DNA from: Candidatus Helarchaeota ASGARD archaeon Hel_GB_B
Lineage (GTDB): Archaea; Asgardarchaeota; Lokiarchaeia; Helarchaeales; HEL-GB-B
Reading direction: 5' to 3'
Assembly: GCA_005191425.1 (NCBI GenBank)
Contig: SUPR01000098.1
Location: 1-12,340 of the forward strand
DNA: 12,340 nt
The translations under genes and the position numbers were made by a program. Numbering within the stretch: position 1 is the first letter of the stretch; every line of letters begins with the position of its first letter. Under the pieces are notes generated by a model. That model was not told the DNA's origin, did not search any database, and saw only the letters and a program-made list of their open reading frames with translations. Shown here piece after piece: positions 1 to 6,916 of this stretch.

Positions 1-210
1 TAAAATTATAACTCAAAATTTGAGGTCTATTAAATTTAAATTTATTAATAATATTTAAAGCGATTATATATGTTAAAAATAATTTATAATAAAATTAGAG
101 GAATTTTAAATAAAATTTCTTCATATTTTGGACCGTTATTGGTCTATACTCATTTAAACTTAACAATTAAAAATAAAATACATCAAATAGAATTTTAAAA
201 TTATAAAAAC

Positions 211-217
211 AGGTTGA
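211..217 (+). promoter_or_regulatory. Shine-Dalgarno-like site for the ABC ATPase
   Basis: AGGTTGA, a one-base-insertion variant of archaeal AGGTGA, ending 7 nt before ATG 225. Confidence 0.45.
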
Positions 218-224
218 TATAAAA

Positions 225-1265
225 ATGGTAATTGCAAAAAAAGATAAAATTATTGATAATCCAATAAACTCCCATGAGAACAACAAACTTAATAACCGCG
301 TTGATGATAATTTAAAAATGAAATCTAATGGTGATTATATTAAGTCGTCCAATAATCTCAATAAAAAATATAAAAATGTTAATAATTTCAATATTAAAAT
401 TTCACTTAAAGATATTAAATTTACCTATAGAAATGGAATACATGCCTTAGATGATATTACATTCAATGTCGAAGCTGGGGATTTTATAGGAATAATTGGG
501 CCAAATGGGACTGGAAAATCTACCTTGCTAAGAATCCTGGACGGAATACTGAAACCTCAGGTTGGTACTATACTTATCCAAGGAAAAGAATTAAATAAAT
601 ACAAACTTAATGACCTCGCTAAAGTTATTGGATATATACCGCAGAACAGTGTATCAATTTTTCCCACTACAGTTTTTGATACAGTACTATTAGGTAGGAA
701 ACCATACATTGAATGGGGTAGTCCTACTAAGAAAGATATTAAAATAACCTCAGAAATTCTATACAAATTAGGTCTGGAAGAGATTGCAATGAGAAACATT
801 ACTGAGTTAAGTGGTGGACAATTGCAAAAAGTATTAATTGCAAGGACATTAGCCCAACAACCAGACATTATTTTATTGGACGAACCTACTTCTAACCTTG
901 ATATTAACCACCAATTAGAAGTATTAAATCTACTCCGACAGGAAACTAAAAAAAATATTACAGTCATTATCGCAATTCATGACTTAAATTTAGCGATTAA
1001 ATTTTGTAATAAGTTCATAATATTAAATAATGGAAAAATTGAAGCAATTGGCGGTAAAGAAGTTATTTCAAAATCTATTATTGAGAAAGTATTTAAGGTT
1101 CGGGTTAAAATTATTAATGATGGCACTGACTTATTTATTATACCAATGATATCTAATGAAAATGAAGAAGACGTTATTACTTTAGATATTATAAGTTATG
1201 ATGAAAAAATTAATGGAAATACTAAAGAAAAAATTGAAAAAGAAGATATATTTACCGTTCAATAA
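225..1265 (+). CDS. ABC transporter ATP-binding subunit, iron-complex/cobalamin (FepC/FecE/BtuD-like) family, with low-complexity N-terminal and acidic C-terminal extensions
   Basis: Walker A GPNGTGKST, Q-loop IGYIPQ, family-typical TVFDTVLLGRKPY, signature LSGGQLQK, Walker B ILLDEPTSNLD, H-switch AIHDLNLA. SD-like AGGTTGA at 211-217 precedes ATG 225. Confidence 0.93.
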   Translation: MVIAKKDKIIDNPINSHENNKLNNRVDDNLKMKSNGDYIKSSNNLNKKYKNVNNFNIKISLKDIKFTYRNGIHALDDITFNVEAGDFIGIIGPNGTGKSTLLRILDGILKPQVGTILIQGKELNKYKLNDLAKVIGYIPQNSVSIFPTTVFDTVLLGRKPYIEWGSPTKKDIKITSEILYKLGLEEIAMRNITELSGGQLQKVLIARTLAQQPDIILLDEPTSNLDINHQLEVLNLLRQETKKNITVIIAIHDLNLAIKFCNKFIILNNGKIEAIGGKEVISKSIIEKVFKVRVKIINDGTDLFIIPMISNENEEDVITLDIISYDEKINGNTKEKIEKEDIFTVQ

Positions 1266-1267
1266 AT

Positions 1268-1273
1268 AGGAGG
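1268..1273 (+). promoter_or_regulatory. Shine-Dalgarno site for the TsaA-FmdE gene
   Basis: AGGAGG 9 nt upstream of the TTG start at 1283, inside a 17-nt intergenic gap; supports an operon with the ATPase. Confidence 0.75.
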
Positions 1274-1282
1274 AAATATAAA

Positions 1283-2413
1283 TTGGTCGAAATTACTCAG
1301 ATTGGAATTGTAGTTAATGAAGTTAAAGAGCCAATGGACCCTTTTAAATTTGAAAATGTTATCTCGAAAATAGTCGTTGACAAAAAATATGAAGACGGAC
1401 TATTCAACCTTGATAAAAATGAATATATTCAAGTAATATATTATTTTCATAAATCTCCAACACCTAAAAAATTAATTGGGACTTCATATTTTGGGTCTAA
1501 AGAGGGGGTCTTTGCTACAAGAAGTCCAATAAGGCCCGGAGCCGTTGGACTTTCTACCGCAAAGTTAATTAAAATCCAAAAAAATGAGGTTATAGTTAAA
1601 GGTTTGGACGCAATTGATGGAACACCTGTTCTTGACATTAAACCGTATACCCCCACACTTGATGAAAAAGAAATTTCAAGAATAAAAAAAGAGATAGATT
1701 ATAATAATTTAAAGAGAGACCTCTGGCCCTTAATAAGAAACTGGGACTTAGAACCAATATTACATGAAGCAGCAAAACTTCATGGACATTATTGCTCAGG
1801 GCTGGCAATGGGCGTCATGATGGGTTCCTATGCCATGAAAAAACTGGGTTCATTTGGGTTTTCTGATGGAATGGAAAATATAATTGCAATTGTTGAAATG
1901 AACCATTGTGCAGTTGATGGTATTCAATATACAACAGGTTGCACTTTTGGAAATAATGCCTTAATATTTAGAGACCTCGGTAAAACTGCATTATCATTGC
2001 TAAAAAGGACAGATACTTCATGTAAAGGAATTAGAATATCTTTGAAACCAATCCCCTGGGAATCACTCTCGGAAAATCAGCCAGAATTAAATGAACTTTT
2101 TGATAAGGTCGTCAAATATAGAAATGGTACCCCTAAAGATTTAAAACGTCTTAAAGAATTGATGCGATTAAATTCATTGGCATTTATCAAACGAAAATTT
2201 GAAGATACCTTTAACGTAGAGAATATCACTATCCCAAATCAACCATGGGCATCTATTAAAGAAAGCGTCAAATGTGAGAAATGCGGAGAATTAATAATGA
2301 AATCCAGGACTGTAAATATCAATGGGAAAGTTTTATGCCTTAAATGCTCTAATACTAGCTTCTACGAAGTTTCAGGGAATGGTATTCAAAAAATAGATTG
2401 GAACTCTCTTTAA
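1283..2413 (+). CDS. Fusion protein: N-terminal TsaA/TrmO(YaeB)-like SAM-binding domain + FmdE (formylmethanofuran dehydrogenase subunit E-like) domain + C-terminal CxxC...CxxC zinc finger
   Basis: aa1-122 carry GVFATRSPIRP and GLDAIDGTPVLDIKPY (TsaA hallmark). From about aa160: HGHYCSGLAMG and EMNHCAVDGIQYTTGCTFGNN..FRDLGKTA (FmdE hallmark). C331-x2-C334 and C352-x2-C355 form the finger. TTG start with SD. Confidence 0.9.
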   Translation: MVEITQIGIVVNEVKEPMDPFKFENVISKIVVDKKYEDGLFNLDKNEYIQVIYYFHKSPTPKKLIGTSYFGSKEGVFATRSPIRPGAVGLSTAKLIKIQKNEVIVKGLDAIDGTPVLDIKPYTPTLDEKEISRIKKEIDYNNLKRDLWPLIRNWDLEPILHEAAKLHGHYCSGLAMGVMMGSYAMKKLGSFGFSDGMENIIAIVEMNHCAVDGIQYTTGCTFGNNALIFRDLGKTALSLLKRTDTSCKGIRISLKPIPWESLSENQPELNELFDKVVKYRNGTPKDLKRLKELMRLNSLAFIKRKFEDTFNVENITIPNQPWASIKESVKCEKCGELIMKSRTVNINGKVLCLKCSNTSFYEVSGNGIQKIDWNSL

Positions 2414-2548
2414 TAATATTTCTAATATTCATTTATAGCTCTATTAATAATAATTTCATTTACTGTATTATCATTATCCTTGTTAATTCCTTGAAAAAAT
2501 ATATTTTTAATATTTATTATCTACATTTTTTGGAATTTAATTGAATTA

Positions 2549-3460
2549 TCAATGTCTATAGTCTAAAAAATCTGGACTATCAAAGTCATTACTTTCTTCA
2601 TCATTTTCCTCATCGCCGCCACCTAAATCAGTCCAATGTTCATAACAACTCAATGCAAATTCCATATCACCTAATTTTTCCAACATTTCACCTTGTAATA
2701 GCCACACTTCCTTATTTTCTGGTTCCAAAGATAATAACTCCATAAAACATTTAACCGCTTCTTCCAAATCACCTGAAATCTTAAGAAGAATACCTTCTGC
2801 ATACAAGGATTTTATATCTTCAGGCTTTATTTTTAATGCCTCTTCAAAACACTCAATAGCTCTATCTATATAAAATAATTTTGCTAATGTGATCCCCTTA
2901 TTATACCAACCATCTACAAATCTTGGGTTTATATCTAAAGATTTTTCAAAACATTCCAATGCCCCATCTAAATTCCCAGATTTTCCTAATACAATACCCT
3001 TACCACACCATGCTCTAAAATTTTTGTCATTAATACTCAAACATCGGTTATAACAATGAAACGCCTGTTCCCATTCACTTAATTCTTCAAATACTACACC
3101 TTTATTAAACCACCCATCTTCAGATTCAGAATTTAACTCTAATACTCTATCATAACATTCCAACTCCTTCTTATATTCTTTCAACATCCCATAACCATAA
3201 CCCAAATTATTCCAAGCATCTATCAGCTCAGGGTCAATTTCCAGGACTTTTTTAAAACAAAAGATTAATTTATCCCATTTTTTTAATTTTTTATAAATCA
3301 ATGCTAAATTTTTCCAATTTATAACATTTTTATCATCTAGATTTACTGCTTGTTCCAAACATTTCTCTGCCTCAGATAGATCCCCTTTTAAATAACATAT
3401 ATACCCTAAAGCACTTAAATTATCTACTTTTTCATCTTTAGAAAATTTTTTACCATTCAT
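2549..3460 (-). CDS. Tetratricopeptide repeat (TPR) protein with acidic C-terminal tail
   Basis: About 7-8 consecutive 34-aa repeats of the type W.NLG.....L.EY..A..CY...L...P (e.g. AWNNLGYGYGMLKEYKKELECYDRVLELN). Tail GGGDEENDEESNDFDSPDFLDYRH. AGGTGA SD upstream. Confidence 0.92.
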   Translation of the reverse strand: MNGKKFSKDEKVDNLSALGYICYLKGDLSEAEKCLEQAVNLDDKNVINWKNLALIYKKLKKWDKLIFCFKKVLEIDPELIDAWNNLGYGYGMLKEYKKELECYDRVLELNSESEDGWFNKGVVFEELSEWEQAFHCYNRCLSINDKNFRAWCGKGIVLGKSGNLDGALECFEKSLDINPRFVDGWYNKGITLAKLFYIDRAIECFEEALKIKPEDIKSLYAEGILLKISGDLEEAVKCFMELLSLEPENKEVWLLQGEMLEKLGDMEFALSCYEHWTDLGGGDEENDEESNDFDSPDFLDYRH

Positions 3461-3464
3461 ATAC

Positions 3465-3470
3465 TCACCT
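3465..3470 (-). promoter_or_regulatory. Archaeal-type Shine-Dalgarno site for the TPR gene
   Basis: Plus strand TCACCT = AGGTGA on the minus strand, 4 nt before ATG 3460. Confidence 0.65.
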
Positions 3471-3497
3471 TACTCCAATTTTTATTTATAGTTATTT

Positions 3498-3641
3498 TTA
3501 AATGAACCCTATATCTCGTTTATTTTTTTGACACTCACTTAAAATTCTCAATTTGACAGAATTTAATTCAATCTTTAATCTTGCTTTTTTAAAATCTCCA
3601 ATTCTTTTACTAATTGAAGGTCGAGATCTTAAATAATCCAT
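3498..3641 (-). CDS. Possible small basic protein (47 aa), not in the ORF track
   Basis: Hand translation: MDYLRSRPSISKRIGDFKKARLKIELNSVKLRILSECQKNKRDIGFI*, ATG at 3641, TAA ending at 3498, co-oriented upstream of the TPR gene. No SD and no recognised family. Confidence 0.2.
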   Translation of the reverse strand: MDYLRSRPSISKRIGDFKKARLKIELNSVKLRILSECQKNKRDIGFI

Positions 3642-3722
3642 AATTATTATTCATCTATTTAATATCTTGTTCCTAAACAAATGATTTGCCCCACGCCTAT
3701 ATCTGGGTTTTATAAAATTTTG

Positions 3723-3742
3723 AGTCCAGTAGGGACTTTTTT
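3723..3742 (+). terminator. Short hairpin followed by a T tract (terminator-like)
   Basis: AGTCC-(AGTAG)-GGACT followed by TTTTT. No annotated plus-strand gene ends here. Confidence 0.3.
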
Positions 3743-4044
3743 ATTAATAAAACTTATTTCTTTTTATACTGGATTGGCTAAATATAATTAAAATTAATTA
3801 CTTAAAATTACAATTAATAAGAAATTTTTGTCCAATATTCTATATATAACATAACATAGAATAAAAAGATAGTCTTTGGACGATATTTTTACAATTTACG
3901 AATAATATTATAAATGATATAATTGAATAATTAGTTTAAAATAAAGTGGATTTATTCAATATCAAATAAAAGTCTTCGTAGAATTTTATTTCTATTACTT
4001 AAATAGTCCAATTTATTTAAATTTAAATTAAATAGGTCCTAATA

Positions 4045-6726
4045 ATGAAAAATAGAGAGTTATTCTTTCTGGGCATTGCAGATATGTCTGGTATGATTTT
4101 AATGACTGCAATAATTTTTCACTATCAAAATTATTATATCAATACATTGTTTGTAGGCAATTCTTATGCTTATTTATTAGGATTTCTTGTCCCGACTATC
4201 AGTCTCTTTATTGGTGCTTTTGCATATCCAATTAGTGGATATTTTAGCGATAGGTTATCTACTAGGTTTGGTAGACGTCGACCATTCTTTTTTCTTGCAA
4301 TTCCGGGTGGTATTAGTTTTGGACTTGTTTCTATGCCTATGTTTGTCCAAATAGGTATCAATTTTTCAAATAACTTCTTAAGTGGCTATATTTTCATCTT
4401 GACCTTTTATATTTTATTTGTAAGCTGCTGGAGATTTGTTCAGTGCCCATTTCTTGCTTTATTTGTAGATGTAACAAAACCCGAAGAACAGATTAAAGCT
4501 TCGATTTTTCTGAACATGTGTGATATTGCAGGCACTTTGATTGGAATTGGTATCCCGCTAATTCTAGATTTAAGCATTATAAAAGGGTACTTAACGCCCA
4601 TTTTCGGCTATTATAATGCAATCGAATTTTCTGGTTATTTATTTGGACTTATTTACATTATTTCATTTATTTTAGCCTTTTTCTTTGGACCTAAAGAAGA
4701 TATTGAATTACTTAAAAAGAATAAAAATAAGAATACCAAAGATGATAACTTTCTAAAAGCATTAAAAGAAATTCTTACAATTCCAGCTCTACGAAATTAT
4801 ATTATTTCTGCGTTTTTCTATGTATTTTGTTTTAATATTGCAATTTATTATCTAATGCCCTATTTAAATAGCCTTGGATTAAGTTCGTCAGATATAATAA
4901 TTTACGCAATTCCCTTGTTTCTAGCTATAATAATTTTGTTTTTTGTTTTTTCTAAGATCTCCAAATCATGGGGTAAAATCAAAACATTCAGAATAAGCCT
5001 CCTTTGGGGCGCCGTAGGTACCCCATTCTTGCTGGTGATTGGAGTAACTAATATCGGACCGCTTTCAATCATGGACCAATTAGTTATACTTTTTATAATT
5101 CTATCCGGTAGTATTGTCGGTATGTTAATTTTCCAATACGCAATCTTAATGGACCTCGGTAAATTAGTACCACTTAAAGAATCTACTTTCGTGGGCGTTT
5201 ACTCGTCTATTATCGTATTTTCGCAGCCCCTTTCCACATTCGCCTTAAGCTTTTTAACCCAATATTTAAACCCAATAAATATCTGGATTTGGAATGGAAA
5301 CCTCGGCTACGCTTCAATCGGTATTGTTATGGGAATTGGATTCCTTATAAGCTACTTTTTTATGAAAAAAGTAAACTACGAAACTCAAACTGCACCCGAA
5401 AACTCCGAAAACCCCGAAAACCCTAAAAATTCCGAAAACTCCAATAATCTCAATCATAATATTGATGAACAGTTTAAATCAAAAATTGATAACTTGACCA
5501 ATAATAAGAGCCCTATTAAACACATTAAAAAATTGGATTATCCACGCCTGTGTGGCACTCCCGGAGAAAAAAATGGCGTTAATTATATAACTTCTGTTTT
5601 AGACTCAGTCGATTTCCATTATAAAATTGAAGAATTCCCCGTACCAAAATCCTCCAAATTTAAAAAGATATTATTACCTCTCCTTGTAATTGTCTGGGGA
5701 ATAATAAGTCTTTATAATGTGTTTTTTATTTCAGGAACTTTTGAATTAATAATAGCAATTATAATCTTGATAGTACCACTATCTTTAATTATTATCCTCG
5801 TCTTTTTAAATAAGCTCTTTAAATTCATACTCAAAGGTTATTATTTGAAAATTAAAAAATTGGAAAAAAAATTGCAATTTGACCGGACTCGCTCAATAAA
5901 TATTAAATTTGGAAAAAATATTATCGCCGATTATTCGCCACAAAAACCAAAAGGACATATCATCTTTACTGCTCACCATGATAGCATCTCATTATTAATT
6001 GGCAATATGAAATTACTCACAGTCCTTGGAGCTATTTCTATTGTTTCATTATTTATTTATAGTATAGCCTATTTTCTCCATTACCTGTTTATCGTGCTTA
6101 ATATACCTATTAATTTATTCGGACAATTCCCGGTCCTTTTTATTATTATCTTGCTATCCTTCTTGATACCTATATCTATACTCTTAACTATCCGGGCATT
6201 TAGGTCAAATAAATCCCATGGCTCTATTGACGATATGACAGGTACCAGCATATTGCTAGAACTATCCAAAATCATCAAGGAGATAAATCCTCCTTTTAAA
6301 ATTACCCTGGCTTTCTTCTCAGGTGAAGAATTGGGCCTTCTAGGCTCCGGGTTCCATTACTATAACAATTCCGATCTATATAACGATACAACACTTATTT
6401 CGGTGGACATGATTGGTGAAATTAGCCCTCTTTCTATTGTTAAATCAGTTAGCCCTATTTTGCCCGCAAAAATGGACCAAAGTTTGAACGAATTATTCTC
6501 TTGTATTGCTGATAAACTCGGTATCAAATTAAAGAAAATCAAATTTCTATATCCTGGGTCAGATTTTGCTCATTGGCTCCTAAATAATAAGTCCACTACA
6601 TGGATCATTAACCCAAGTAAATACATCCATACACCAAAAGATGTGCCTAACAATGTTAATATCGAACTTTTGAATAATTGCTTAAAATTAATAACTGGCT
6701 TTTTACTAGAAAAAACTAAAGATTAA
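4045..6726 (+). CDS. Fusion: 12-TM MFS transporter (GPH/MFS_2-like) + low-complexity linker + M28-family zinc metallopeptidase/hydrolase with four inserted TM helices
   Basis: aa1-443: 12 hydrophobic segments and MFS motif A GYFSDRLSTRFGRRRPF. aa493-893: YPRLCGTPGE, AHHDS (H644), GSIDDMTG (D730), FSGEELGLLGS (E761/E762), SVDMIG (D788), SDF, YIHTPKD (H862). One uninterrupted frame. Confidence 0.88.
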   Translation: MKNRELFFLGIADMSGMILMTAIIFHYQNYYINTLFVGNSYAYLLGFLVPTISLFIGAFAYPISGYFSDRLSTRFGRRRPFFFLAIPGGISFGLVSMPMFVQIGINFSNNFLSGYIFILTFYILFVSCWRFVQCPFLALFVDVTKPEEQIKASIFLNMCDIAGTLIGIGIPLILDLSIIKGYLTPIFGYYNAIEFSGYLFGLIYIISFILAFFFGPKEDIELLKKNKNKNTKDDNFLKALKEILTIPALRNYIISAFFYVFCFNIAIYYLMPYLNSLGLSSSDIIIYAIPLFLAIIILFFVFSKISKSWGKIKTFRISLLWGAVGTPFLLVIGVTNIGPLSIMDQLVILFIILSGSIVGMLIFQYAILMDLGKLVPLKESTFVGVYSSIIVFSQPLSTFALSFLTQYLNPINIWIWNGNLGYASIGIVMGIGFLISYFFMKKVNYETQTAPENSENPENPKNSENSNNLNHNIDEQFKSKIDNLTNNKSPIKHIKKLDYPRLCGTPGEKNGVNYITSVLDSVDFHYKIEEFPVPKSSKFKKILLPLLVIVWGIISLYNVFFISGTFELIIAIIILIVPLSLIIILVFLNKLFKFILKGYYLKIKKLEKKLQFDRTRSINIKFGKNIIADYSPQKPKGHIIFTAHHDSISLLIGNMKLLTVLGAISIVSLFIYSIAYFLHYLFIVLNIPINLFGQFPVLFIIILLSFLIPISILLTIRAFRSNKSHGSIDDMTGTSILLELSKIIKEINPPFKITLAFFSGEELGLLGSGFHYYNNSDLYNDTTLISVDMIGEISPLSIVKSVSPILPAKMDQSLNELFSCIADKLGIKLKKIKFLYPGSDFAHWLLNNKSTTWIINPSKYIHTPKDVPNNVNIELLNNCLKLITGFLLEKTKD
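5395..5439 (+). repeat. In-frame 9-bp tandem repeat x5 encoding (P/S)-(E/K)-N in the MFS-M28 linker
   Basis: cccgaaaac tccgaaaac cccgaaaac cctaaaaat tccgaaaac = PEN SEN PEN PKN SEN. Confidence 0.9.
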
Positions 6727-6750
6727 ATATCAAACAATGTATAATCTATA

Positions 6751-6810
6751 TTAAAATCCTATTATCTGTATTTAAATCCTATTTATTATCATTGAATCCT
6801 CTCTAAAATT
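6751..6810. repeat. Degenerate 20-bp-period repeat with conserved AATCCT core x3
   Basis: AATCCT at 6755, 6775 and 6795, in the gap between convergent genes. Confidence 0.55.
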
Positions 6811-6916
6811 CTATATCTTGATTAATTTAATGTTAATTAGTATAAACATTATCCATCATTTTTAAATTAAAAAAATATGGTATTTATCGATTTTAATTCT
6901 AATTTTTAATCGCTGT

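Noticed and set aside
557-967. 136-aa minus-strand ORF, plus similar track ORFs at 1447-1656, 4170-4361, 6081-6278, 6360-6542, 8968-9213 and 9023-9304
   Set aside because: Antisense shadows of well-supported genes, with no recognisable motifs.
1760-2413. FmdE domain as evidence of methanogenesis or a formylmethanofuran dehydrogenase operon
   Set aside because: No fmd/fwd catalytic subunits in the window, and FmdE-family domains are widespread in non-methanogens.
4860-6726. Apparent increase in C-ending codons in the distal part of the MFS-M28 gene (possible mosaic origin)
   Set aside because: Impression by eye only, and the shift does not coincide with the domain boundary. It needs a sliding-window GC3/skew calculation before any claim.
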